64,000 nucleotides of DNA from Arenicellales bacterium (GTDB lineage Bacteria; Pseudomonadota; Gammaproteobacteria; Arenicellales; JAHEKD01). The first letter of the stretch is position 1; each line of letters opens with the position of its first letter. A program made the translations under genes and the position numbers. The notes under the pieces were generated by a model. The model made no database searches and was not told where the DNA came from. It was given only the letters and a program-made list of their open reading frames with translations. Positions 7,526-16,837 of this stretch are shown one piece after another. The stretch is taken from NCBI GenBank assembly GCA_965215945.1, contig CBDCFC010000051.1, forward strand, positions 13,084 through 77,083, read 5' to 3'.

Positions 7526-10393
7526 ATGAAATTGATTCGAAAAAAACCGTCCAACAGTGAAAGTAAATTAGCTGGTATCGGTCAGGCAATTGACAGGCGT
7601 ACATTTTTAAGACGTTCTGGGATCGCCATGGGTGCCGGTGCTGCTGCCGGCATGCTCACACCCGGAAGGGTTAAAAAAGTCCATGCTGCGACGGCTGCCG
7701 CCGAAGGTGAAATCACGGTTAAAACCAGTGTTTGTACACATTGTTCGGTGGGTTGCGGTGTTAAAGCTGAGGTTCAAAATGGTGTTTGGGTAGGCCAGGA
7801 GCCAGACTTTGATTCGCCTTTGAATTTGGGTGCGCATTGCGCCAAAGGGGCCTCGGTACGTGAACACGGTCACGGTGAGAAACGCGTCAAGTATCCAATG
7901 AAACTCACCGGCGGCAAATGGAAACAGATGACTTGGGACGATGCGATTAACGAAATCGGTGATGGCATGCTCAAGATTCGCGAAGAATCTGGTCCGGACT
8001 CAGTTTTTTGGCTCGGCTCTGCCAAGCATAACAACGAGCAATCTTATTTCTTTAGAAAATTTGCGGCCCTATGGGGCACGAACAACGTCGATCACCAGGC
8101 TAGAATTTGCCATTCAACGACTGTCGCAGGTGTAGCTAATACCTGGGGCTATGGGGCGATGACAAATTCCTATAATGACATGCATAACAGCAAATGCATG
8201 TTGTTCATCGGTTCCAATCCGGCTGAAGCGCATCCGGTTTCCCTGCAGCATATTTTCAGGGCCAAGGAAAACGGCTCAAAGATGATCGTCATCGATCCTC
8301 GCTACACACGTACGGCGGCACATGCCGACCATTTTGTCCGCATTCGCCCGGGTTCCGATGTGGGCATTATGTGGGGCATGTTGTGGCATATTTTTGAAAA
8401 CGGCTGGGAAGATAAAGAATATATTCGTCAGCGCGTTTATGGCATGGATGAGATTCGTGAGGAAGTAGCCAAATGGACACCGGAGGAAACTGAACGTGTC
8501 ACCGGGGCGCCTGAAGATGTGGTCAAAACAGCCGCCGAAATGATGGCTAAAAACAGCCCGGCAACCTTTGTCTGGTGTATGGGCGGTACGCAGCACACCA
8601 TTGGCAATAACAACACCAGGGCCTATTGTGCTTTTCAATTAGCCCTGGGCAATATTGGTAAAGAGGGCGGCGGTGCAAATATATTCCGCGGACATGATAA
8701 TGTCCAAGGTGCGACCGATATGTGTGTTTTATCTCATTCGTTACCCGGCTATTACGGCCTTTCAGAAGGTGCCTGGAAACATTGGTCTAAAGTCTGGGGC
8801 CTGGATTATGAATGGGTTAAATCCAGATTCGCCCAGGAAGAAGTTGAGGGTGATGGCGGCAAACCGATCAGCCCGATGAACTACAAGGGGATACCTGTAT
8901 CGCGTTGGATTGACGGCATTTTAGAAGAGAATATCGGGCAAAAAGATAATATACGCTGTATGGTTTATGACGGCCACTCGGTCAATAGCCAGACCCGCGG
9001 TCCGGAAATGAAAAAGGCCATGGAAAAGCTGGATATGATGGTCATTATCGATCCTTATCCGACCCATGCGGCGGTGATGAATGATCGAACTGAAGGCACT
9101 TATCTCTTACCGGCCTGTACCCAGTTTGAGACCTACGGCTCAGTAACAGCGTCCAATAGATCTTTGCAATGGCGCGAAAAAGTTATTGAGCCGCTGTTCG
9201 AATCATTGCCTGATCACACAATCTTATATAAGTTCGCCAAGAAACTCGGTTTTGCCGAAGAACTTTGTAAGAATATTGAAGTGAATGGTGACGAGCCACT
9301 AATCGAAGACATTACTCGTGAATTCAATCGTGGCATGTGGACAATTGGCTATACCGGCCAAAGTCCGGAACGCCTCAAGCTCCACATGGAAAACAAACAC
9401 ACGTTTAACACCACGACCTTGAAAGCGGAAGGCGGCCCTGTTGATGGTGAATATTACGGTATGCCCTGGCCGTGCTGGGGAACACCTGAAATGAAACATC
9501 CGGGTACGCCGGTTCTCTATGACACCAGTAAAACAGTTGCAGAAGGCGGTTTGAATTTCAGGGCGCGTTTTGGTGTCGAGCATGAGGGCAATAATATTCT
9601 GGCGGAAGATTCCTGGCCGGTCGGTAATGAGATCCGAGACGGGCACCCTGAATTTACCGCTGATTTATTAAAGCAGCTAGGCTGGTGGGACGATTTAACC
9701 GCCGATGAGAAAAAGCTGGCTGAAGGTAAAAACTGGAAGACCGATCTGTCAGGGGGGATTCAGCGGGTGGCTATTAGCCACGGTTGTGCGCCATTCGGCA
9801 ATGCTAAAGCAAGAGCGATTGTATGGACATTCCCTGATAGAGTTCCAATTCATCGTGAGCCGTTATACGCGGCCGACAGAGAGCTGGTGGCCAAATATCC
9901 AACTTATGAAGATCGAAAACGGTTCTACCGATTACCAACACGCTACGGTTCGATACAAGCGCAGGATTTTTCCAAGGATTTCCCAATCATTTTCACCAGC
10001 GGGCGGCTGGTCGAATATGAAGGTGGCGGTGAGGAAAGCCGATCTAACCCTTGGCTGGCCGAACTGCAGCAGGACATGTTTGTGGAAATCAATCCCAAGG
10101 ATGCCAACGATAATGGCATAAAAGATGAGCAGATGGTGTGGATAGAAACACCTGAGGGTGCCAAGATTAAAGTCAAGGCAATGGTGACCCGGCGGGTCGC
10201 TCCCGGTGTGGTTTTCACGCCATTCCACTTTGGCGGTCATTATCAAGGCAAGGATTTGGTCGATAAGTATCCTGAGGGAACCGAGCCATATGTCCGGGGT
10301 GAAGCATGCAACACCGCATTTACCTACGGATATGATTCAGTAACACAGATGCAGGAGAGTAAAGTCACCCTGTGTCGTTTATCAGTCGCATAA
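7526..10393 (+). CDS. fdhA: Formate dehydrogenase catalytic subunit, molybdopterin/tungstopterin type, periplasmic (TAT), Cys variant
   Basis: TAT motif DRRTFLRRSG. N-terminal 4Fe-4S motif CTHCSVGCG. The active-site stretch HQARICHSTTVAG has Cys (TGC 8108-8110) where E. coli FdnG has Sec. The protein is 955 aa. Confidence 0.92.
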   Translation: MKLIRKKPSNSESKLAGIGQAIDRRTFLRRSGIAMGAGAAAGMLTPGRVKKVHAATAAAEGEITVKTSVCTHCSVGCGVKAEVQNGVWVGQEPDFDSPLNLGAHCAKGASVREHGHGEKRVKYPMKLTGGKWKQMTWDDAINEIGDGMLKIREESGPDSVFWLGSAKHNNEQSYFFRKFAALWGTNNVDHQARICHSTTVAGVANTWGYGAMTNSYNDMHNSKCMLFIGSNPAEAHPVSLQHIFRAKENGSKMIVIDPRYTRTAAHADHFVRIRPGSDVGIMWGMLWHIFENGWEDKEYIRQRVYGMDEIREEVAKWTPEETERVTGAPEDVVKTAAEMMAKNSPATFVWCMGGTQHTIGNNNTRAYCAFQLALGNIGKEGGGANIFRGHDNVQGATDMCVLSHSLPGYYGLSEGAWKHWSKVWGLDYEWVKSRFAQEEVEGDGGKPISPMNYKGIPVSRWIDGILEENIGQKDNIRCMVYDGHSVNSQTRGPEMKKAMEKLDMMVIIDPYPTHAAVMNDRTEGTYLLPACTQFETYGSVTASNRSLQWREKVIEPLFESLPDHTILYKFAKKLGFAEELCKNIEVNGDEPLIEDITREFNRGMWTIGYTGQSPERLKLHMENKHTFNTTTLKAEGGPVDGEYYGMPWPCWGTPEMKHPGTPVLYDTSKTVAEGGLNFRARFGVEHEGNNILAEDSWPVGNEIRDGHPEFTADLLKQLGWWDDLTADEKKLAEGKNWKTDLSGGIQRVAISHGCAPFGNAKARAIVWTFPDRVPIHREPLYAADRELVAKYPTYEDRKRFYRLPTRYGSIQAQDFSKDFPIIFTSGRLVEYEGGGEESRSNPWLAELQQDMFVEINPKDANDNGIKDEQMVWIETPEGAKIKVKAMVTRRVAPGVVFTPFHFGGHYQGKDLVDKYPEGTEPYVRGEACNTAFTYGYDSVTQMQESKVTLCRLSVA

Positions 10394-10411
10394 GACGCGG
10401 AGGAACGAACT

Positions 10412-11002
10412 ATGGCAAAAATGAAATTTTTATGTGATGCAGAGCGATGTATCGAATGTAATGGCTGTGTGACAGCCTGCAAAAACGAACATGAAGTTCC
10501 CTGGGGCGTTAATCGGCGCCGCGTCATTACCTTAGGCGATGGTGAACAAGGCGAGAAATCTATCTCAGTCGCCTGTATGCATTGTACCGACGCACCCTGT
10601 GCAGCTGTTTGTCCGGTTGATTGCTTTTATACCACTGATGATGGTGTGGTATTACACGATAAGGACTTATGCATAGGTTGTGGCTATTGTTTTTACGCCT
10701 GCCCGTTTGGGGCGCCACAATATCCGCAGGAAAATGCCTTTGGTGTGCGCGGCAAAATGGATAAATGCACCTTTTGTGCAGGCGGGCCGGAAGAGGACAA
10801 CTCTGTGGCTGAAACTGAAAAGTACGGCCGCAACCGGCTGGCCGAAGGCAAACTGCCACTTTGCGCAGAAATGTGCTCGACCAAAGCATTGCTTGCCGGT
10901 GATGGTGACATGGTTGCAGATATTTATCGTGAGCGTATTTTGAATCGTGGTGGCCGACCCAATACCTGGGGTTGGGAAACAGCTTACGGTGAGAATGCCT
11001 AG
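10412..11002 (+). CDS. fdhB: Formate dehydrogenase iron-sulfur (beta) subunit
   Basis: Several ferredoxin cluster motifs are present: CIECNGCVTAC, CMHCTDAPCAAVCP, CIGCGYCFYACP and CTFC...CAEMC. Confidence 0.9.
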   Translation: MAKMKFLCDAERCIECNGCVTACKNEHEVPWGVNRRRVITLGDGEQGEKSISVACMHCTDAPCAAVCPVDCFYTTDDGVVLHDKDLCIGCGYCFYACPFGAPQYPQENAFGVRGKMDKCTFCAGGPEEDNSVAETEKYGRNRLAEGKLPLCAEMCSTKALLAGDGDMVADIYRERILNRGGRPNTWGWETAYGENA

Positions 11003-11004
11003 AA

Positions 11005-11029
11005 AAAACGGGAGTTAACTCCCGTTTTT
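11005..11029 (+). terminator. Intra-operon hairpin with A- and T-tracts (terminator or attenuator)
   Basis: aaaacgggag-ttaa-ctcccgtttt followed by t. It sits right after the fdhB stop and before the lipoprotein and cytochrome b genes. Confidence 0.55.
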
Positions 11030-11052
11030 AATTTACAGATGAAAGAAACGAT

Positions 11053-11241
11053 ATGTTTAGCACTATGAAACAGTTAAGACTAATACTACTGGTTTTTACT
11101 AGTGTTTTATTGATTTCGGCCTGTGAACAGGCTGAGGATGTAACCTTGCATGAACCTGGTGTTTACCAGGGCGCTAAAGATGATTTGTCAACTGATACGG
11201 CTGCATTACAGCAAAGATTGAAAAATCAAATGGATCGCTAG
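11053..11241 (+). CDS. Small lipoprotein (62 aa)
   Basis: Signal peptide with lipobox LLISAC. Confidence 0.6.
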   Translation: MFSTMKQLRLILLVFTSVLLISACEQAEDVTLHEPGVYQGAKDDLSTDTAALQQRLKNQMDR

Positions 11242-11266
11242 TCAACCATTGAAAGGATGAACTAAC

Positions 11267-12358
11267 ATGAAAATAAAGACCATAAAGCCGAATATAAATT
11301 CTAAGGCACGACTCAAGAGTCGATTCAAAATGATGACCTGGTCATTACTGTTTATTATTTTTAGTGCGATGATTTTGCCGATGACATCTTATTTGTTTAC
11401 CGCCACAGATAGTTATGCGCAAGTCACTGATGATCAAAATCACAGGGCAAATTTCTGGCGGGCCGTAAGAGAAGGGGAAGCGGGTTATTCAGCAGTGACC
11501 GGCCCGGAAGCAGGGGTCTTTATAAACAACGGTGGCCAGAATTGGCGGCAAGTACGAAACTCCTTGATCTCAAATTATGGTGGCTGGGCGATATTGGGTA
11601 GTCTTGGACTAATTCTGTTATTTTACATTATCAAGGGAAAAATCAGGGTCGATGCTGAAAAATCAGGCATGACCGTACCACGATGGACACTATTTGAACG
11701 AACCATGCATTGGTATACCGCGATATTATTCATCGTACTTTCCATTACCGGATTAAGCCTGTTATTCGGCCGGGAGGTGTTAATTCCACTTTTGGGTGGT
11801 GAAGGCTTTGCGGCTTGGGCATCGTTATCAATCAGCATCCATAATTTCGTAGGTCCGTTTTTTACTATTGGCGTTTTTGCCATGCTGTTATTCTGGATCA
11901 AAAACAATATCCCCAATGCAACGGACATTAAATGGCTGGCGACAGGCGGCGGTATAATTGGTAATGCCCATCCAAGTGCAGGTAAGGCTAATGGTGGTGA
12001 GAAAATCTGGTATTGGCTGGTTATTCTAGTTGGGTTGCTGGCCGTTTGTGGTTCCGGTTTAGCCTTGATTGGCTGGGCCGCTCAATTGGGACTGGTCGAA
12101 AATACCCGCGCCACCATGCAGTTCATGCATCAAGTTCATTCCATTGCAGCCATAATCTGGATTATTGGTTTCTTCGGTCATGCTTATATCGGTACGATTG
12201 GCACAGAAGGCGCACTGGAGGCGATGACCAAAGGCCGTGTTGGTGTTGAGTGGGCCAAGCAGCATCATGACCTTTGGTACGATGAAGTCAAAGATGAAGC
12301 GGTTCATGTTGATGAGATAGAAGTCTCTAAAAATCAACCCGACGTCTCGGCAACATAA
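11267..12358 (+). CDS. fdhC: Formate dehydrogenase gamma subunit (membrane cytochrome b) with an N-terminal extension
   Basis: Four or more TM helices carry conserved His residues (TMHWYTA, SIHNFVGP, HQVHSIAA, GHAYIG), as in FdnI/FdoI-type cytochrome b. The position after fdhAB fits. Confidence 0.85.
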   Translation: MKIKTIKPNINSKARLKSRFKMMTWSLLFIIFSAMILPMTSYLFTATDSYAQVTDDQNHRANFWRAVREGEAGYSAVTGPEAGVFINNGGQNWRQVRNSLISNYGGWAILGSLGLILLFYIIKGKIRVDAEKSGMTVPRWTLFERTMHWYTAILFIVLSITGLSLLFGREVLIPLLGGEGFAAWASLSISIHNFVGPFFTIGVFAMLLFWIKNNIPNATDIKWLATGGGIIGNAHPSAGKANGGEKIWYWLVILVGLLAVCGSGLALIGWAAQLGLVENTRATMQFMHQVHSIAAIIWIIGFFGHAYIGTIGTEGALEAMTKGRVGVEWAKQHHDLWYDEVKDEAVHVDEIEVSKNQPDVSAT

Positions 12359-12413
12359 CTAAATCCATACAACACGTGCTGCGCTTTAATCAGCGACACT
12401 AATCCCTGCATGT

Positions 12414-12960
12414 ATGAAAAAGTTTCCCGATTCCATTATCCGCAGCATGCAGCAAAGCGGCGCCATGACGACCTGTGTGCCGGTACAGTTTACCGGTGAC
12501 GTGTGGGAGTCTGCCGTATTTTTTGAATTGGGAGGCGAACAATGTCAACACGACAGGCAAATTCTGGTTGATGCTCAAAATCCGTTGCCGATTTCCCTTG
12601 AAGCAGAACTAATCGAGCATGCCAGCGCCAGCGTCGTTATGTTAAGGTTTGAAATCATGACCAATCCCACTCGATCCATTAGCAGGTGAAGTATTAATCG
12701 TTCCGGGTTTGGGTGATATTCAATTTGAGACGCTAAAAAACTTGAGTGAGCAGCAAAACCTACGGTTTTATTTTTCTGACCAGTTTTATAATGTCATCCA
12801 TTCGCAACAAGTTGTTTTAGGTGACCAGGAAAGACAAGGCTACAGGGAAATTCTTGAAGAAGTGATCAGCAAGGATGCATTGATCAGACTGACGGGGAAA
12901 TATAATGCCATGTCAGCCTTATCGGAAATAGTAAATCACTATGATCTTAGAACGGCATAA
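12414..12960 (+). pseudogene. Hypothetical gene split by a +1 frameshift near 12661-12672
   Basis: The first ORF ends at 12689. The second frame is open from 12661 (PIPLDPLAGEVLIVPGLGDIQ...), exactly where the first decays. The junction is at a CCC run (12666-12668). Confidence 0.55.
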
Positions 12961-12966
12961 TTAACA

Positions 12967-13710
12967 ATGCGTCAAAGCATAAAAATACTGACCGTTTTTT
13001 GGGTGGTTGCATGTTGCAGTTCATTCGTGCCTGCGAATGATAACCTGTTCCTGCATGCGATTAAGAATGACGATATTAATTTGATTTCCCAGCTCATCAG
13101 AACCGAAGTTAATATTAATCAGGCTGATCAAACGGGTAAAACGGCGCTGATGGTTGCCGCCAAGGCGGGTAATCCGCAACTGGTTAAAAAACTTCTCGAT
13201 AATGGTGCGCTTGCAGATATTAAAAATAATAATGGCGGCAGTGCCATCATGTTTGCCTGCATTAAAGGTGATATGGAAACCATCCGTTTGCTAATTGAAA
13301 AAGAAGTTGACGTTAATGCCCGAGGATCGAATGGCTGGGGGGCCTTGATGATTGCCTCTGCCAAAGGTCACACAGAAGTGGTGAAGTTGCTTTTGCAGCA
13401 TAACGTCGATGTAAATACGGTTGATGTTTACGAATGGACGCCCCTGCACCGCGCCAGTTATGAGAATCGTGAGCAGATCGTCGAGTTATTGCTAAATGTT
13501 CCAGCGATAAAAGTTAATGCACAGGATGATCAGGGGGCAACGGCTTTGCATCATGCTGCAGTAAAAGGCAACATCAACATCAGTAAACGCTTAATCGAAA
13601 AAGGTGCCGATATTCACCAAACTGATCTAATCGGCCGAACAGCGCAACATTATGCTGAAAAAAATGGCTACATGGCCCTGGCGGCCATGCTGGAAGAAGC
13701 GTCCAGCTGA
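12967..13710 (+). CDS. Exported ankyrin-repeat protein
   Basis: Signal or lipoprotein-like N-terminus (ILTVFWVVACCSS). About 6 ANK repeats follow (GKTALMVAAKAGNPQLVKKLLDNGA, GWGALMIASAKGHTEVVKLLLQHNVD, GATALHHAAVKGNINISKRLIEKGAD). Confidence 0.85.
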   Translation: MRQSIKILTVFWVVACCSSFVPANDNLFLHAIKNDDINLISQLIRTEVNINQADQTGKTALMVAAKAGNPQLVKKLLDNGALADIKNNNGGSAIMFACIKGDMETIRLLIEKEVDVNARGSNGWGALMIASAKGHTEVVKLLLQHNVDVNTVDVYEWTPLHRASYENREQIVELLLNVPAIKVNAQDDQGATALHHAAVKGNINISKRLIEKGADIHQTDLIGRTAQHYAEKNGYMALAAMLEEASS

Positions 13711-13714
13711 GTCG

Positions 13715-14487
13715 GTGTCGCTTGATTTCGAACAAAGCAAACCGGAATTACCCGCTGCATACGATTTAGTATTTTTTGAGCAAGTTGAATCGATCCGCAC
13801 TGCAGCTGTTGAACTGGCGGATCAAGGTTATGATGAGGGCACATTAATTTGGGTGCTGAAGCAAACCCGTGCAAAAGTCAGACTCAACAAAAAATGGATT
13901 TGCAATCATGGCGATTTGCATTGTGCGGTAATATTAAGGCCTGATTTTGAACAACAAAAATACTATCAAATGTTAATAGTCGCGATTGTCAGCTTGGGCA
14001 ATGCAATAGCTGCACATGTTTCTGCGATGACGGTACTTGGCTATAACTGCCCAACGATATTTGCATTGCCGGGCATAAAATTGCTTCCATCTGGCTGGAC
14101 CAAGGTAAATCAGATGACAGAGATTGGTTAATCATCAGCTCAAGTGCCAACATCGAAACAGCCCCACATGATCAAGATATTAATGCAATGAGTATTTGGC
14201 AAACAGAAGGTTCTAGCGACATCACTAATAAAGTTTTACTAGAAACCTTTGCTCGCGAATTCATCAAACAATTGAATCTGTGGGCCGAGCGTGGTTTTGA
14301 TTACATTTACAATCAATGGAAAATCAGGCTGCAGAATCTGAATGCTCAGATTGAGTTGCAAACCTCGAAGCAAGAATATGCTGGAATTGCAAAAGGCGTT
14401 ACCACTGCTGGCGACCTTATACTTGAGCGCGAAGATAACGATTTAATAACTATAACGATTGATGAATATATGGGAACTGGAAAATGA
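13715..14487 (+). pseudogene. BirA-like biotin/lipoate protein ligase family gene (degenerate), frameshifted at 14044-14052
   Basis: Frame 1 ends ...TVLGYNCPTIF. The frame of the 14188 ORF is open from 14047 and reads LPNDICIAGHKIASIWLD, which is the WPND...K-I-x-G-I motif of the BPL fold. The junction is at a CCC run. The 5' start is uncertain, with a GTG at 13715. Confidence 0.65.
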
Positions 14488-15224
14488 CTAATCCGTTAAA
14501 TCGCAGGACGTTTTTTAAAGGTTGCTTATCCGCAACCGCAATGGTGTTGAGTAATCCATCTTTGTTGTCCCAAGCCAGCACAGATTTTAAAGCCTATTCA
14601 AAAGTACAGTTAGTTGACAACACCGATCAGCCGATTACCAGCCGCTCGCTTGAAAAAAAACAATGTTATGTATTCAATTACCCCTATGTTACAACGCCAT
14701 GTTTTTTGATTAACCTGGGTGAAACGGTTAAACAACCTCAGCAACTGCAAACGGAGAACGGGAAGTTATATGATTGGCAGGAGGCGTCGGCCCTGAAAAC
14801 TCAATTGTTGCATTTGCCGCGATTTGTGCGCACAAGCTGAGCTACCCAACCAAAACGATCAGCTTTATCAATTATCACCCGCAACAAATTGTTACAACAG
14901 AAGAAAATCAATCCACCGGTAATAGCCAGCAAGTCATATTTTGTTGCTCGGAGCGCAGTATGTACGATCCTTTAAAAGGGAGCTGAAGTGATCGGTGGGC
15001 CGGCACCACAGCCATTAACGACAATTGTGCTTGAGCATGATGTGGATAATGATAATTATTATGCTATTGGAACCTTAGGCCCTGAATTATATGAAGACTT
15101 TTTTGAACGTTTTGGATTCAACCTGACACTAGAGAATGAAATCAATGATGTGGCGTTGCCAGTTGAGGGGACAACAATCATTCATCACCAAAGCGAATAT
15201 AGCAAGCATCTGCAATCGTGTTGA
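14484..15224 (+). pseudogene. TAT-signal Rieske-like protein carrying two compensating frameshifts
   Basis: TAT motif NRRTFFKG. The frame changes near 14771-14780 and changes back near 14973-14987, within an aaaaggg run. The reconstructed core is ICAHKLSY...FCCSERSMYDPLKGAEVIGGPAPQPL. Confidence 0.6.
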
Positions 15225-15269
15225 TCTAAAATCAGGCGGACCGAGCGAATTACAAGGATTCTGACATAA

Positions 15270-16343
15270 ATGACTAGCAGCAGTCGTGAGCAAATTGAGC
15301 AAGCCCTGAAGACGATTATTGATCCGCATAACGAGCTGGATTTAATTGCCGGAAATGCAATCAAAGACATAAAGATAGACAATGAAAAAATCAACATAGA
15401 ATTGTCATTGGGCTATCCGGCTAAATCCTGGCATGCGGAGTTGATTAACACTGTCAAAGGTGTTGTCGAAAATGCCGACGTTTCGATAAATTCCAACATG
15501 GTTGCCCACAAGGTTCAGGAAGGTATCAAGCCGCTCAAAGGTGTTAAAAACATGATTGCTATCGCCTCAGGCAAGGGTGGTGTGGGCAAATCAACCTTGA
15601 CTGCAAATTTCGCGCTGGCCTTGTCGGCCGAGGGTGCGAAAGTGGGTGTGCTGGATGCTGATATTTATGGTCCCAGCCAACCCAGAATGCTGGGCATAAG
15701 TGGCCGACCTTCGTCAAATGACGGAAAAATGCTGCAACCGCTGGAAAGTTATAACCTGCAAGTGATGTCAATTGGTTTTCTGGTTGACGAAGAATCCCCG
15801 ATGATCTGGCGCGGCCCGATGGTGACCCAGGCGCTGGAGCAAATGCTTAACAACACCGACTGGAATGATCTGGACTATTTAATTATCGACCTGCCACCGG
15901 GCACCGGCGATACGCAATTAACATTAGCACAAAAAGTACCGGTATCAGGCTCATTGATCGTCACCACGCCACAGGACATCGCCTTGCTCGATGCCCGCAA
16001 GGCTTACAAAATGTTCGAGAAAGTCGACATTCCAGTTCTAGGCGTGGTTGAAAACATGAGCACCCATATTTGCTCAAAGTGCGGCCATGAAGAACATATC
16101 TTCGGCAGCCAGGGTGGGCAAAAAATGGCAGACCAGTACCAGTTAAATTTTCTTGGAGACATTCCTTTAGATATTTCCATCCGCGAAAACGCAGACGGCG
16201 GCCAACCCACAGTCATCGCTGACCCGGACGGTCCAATCGCCCAGAAATACAAAACCATCGCTCGCAAGGCCGCCGCCAAACTGGCATTACGCAAAAAAGA
16301 CTACAGCGATAAATTTCCGAATATCACTATACATCCGGGATAG
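15270..16343 (+). CDS. apbC: Mrp/NBP35-family Fe-S cluster carrier ATPase
   Basis: Deviant Walker A motif IASGKGGVGKST, the CSKCGHEEHIFG motif and an N-terminal DUF59-like region. Confidence 0.9.
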   Translation: MTSSSREQIEQALKTIIDPHNELDLIAGNAIKDIKIDNEKINIELSLGYPAKSWHAELINTVKGVVENADVSINSNMVAHKVQEGIKPLKGVKNMIAIASGKGGVGKSTLTANFALALSAEGAKVGVLDADIYGPSQPRMLGISGRPSSNDGKMLQPLESYNLQVMSIGFLVDEESPMIWRGPMVTQALEQMLNNTDWNDLDYLIIDLPPGTGDTQLTLAQKVPVSGSLIVTTPQDIALLDARKAYKMFEKVDIPVLGVVENMSTHICSKCGHEEHIFGSQGGQKMADQYQLNFLGDIPLDISIRENADGGQPTVIADPDGPIAQKYKTIARKAAAKLALRKKDYSDKFPNITIHPG

Positions 16344-16362
16344 TATTTCAGCTAAGCCCCAG

Positions 16363-16720
16363 TCGTCATTCCGGATACTGAATCAAGTTCAGCACAGGCT
16401 TGATCCGGAATCCAGTTTTCTATCTTGTAGAAGAGGTTGGTTGAAACCGTTATTTATTATTTTTTGTCGCCGACCCTTTTCCTTCTTGTCATTGCGCACC
16501 CATTCGGGCATAAAAGCGGAGCGCGGCAATCCAACAAAATATAGATTGCCACAGTCGTTTCACTCCTTCGCAATGACTGTTTTTATTTATTAGAGGGGTT
16601 AATTTTTAGATTCCCCCCATCGTCATTCCGGAATCACTTAGTGATGTCCGGAATCCAGTGTGTCATTGAGAGCTGACTCCATCATTCTGAGGCGCTTTAG
16701 CGCCGTGAGGATCTCTTAAT
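16363..16720. repeat. Cluster of REP/MITE-like palindromic elements (GTCATTSCGG...CCGGAATCC and GTCATTGCG...CGCAATGAC types)
   Basis: Copies lie at 16363-16417 and 16488-16577 (9-bp termini gtcattgcg/cgcaatgac). A further copy at 16621-16660 is followed by a tail at 16661-16720 that contains ggcgctttagcgcc and ggatctcttaa. Confidence 0.7.
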
Positions 16721-16837
16721 CGCTGTTTGGGCTTAAACCGAAGGCATTCTTTGAATCGAATCAATTTTTAACAAAAAATGAAAATAAAGTTAGGTAAGAT
16801 TAATAAGTGTTGAATTTATATTTGGGCCAATTTAATA

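Noticed and set aside
8108-8110. I checked for a possible selenocysteine (TGA) codon in the FdhA active site.
   Set aside because: The codon aligned with the Sec position of E. coli FdnG is TGC (Cys), and the ORF is uninterrupted. No SECIS element is needed.
7607-10246. Many antisense or out-of-frame ORFs of 60-140 aa lie inside fdhA. Examples are 7607-7873, 8276-8638, 9299-9646, 9705-10121 and 9932-10246.
   Set aside because: They are fully embedded in a strongly supported 955-aa gene. They lack RBSs and recognisable motifs. They are shadow ORFs typical of longer, GC-richer genes.
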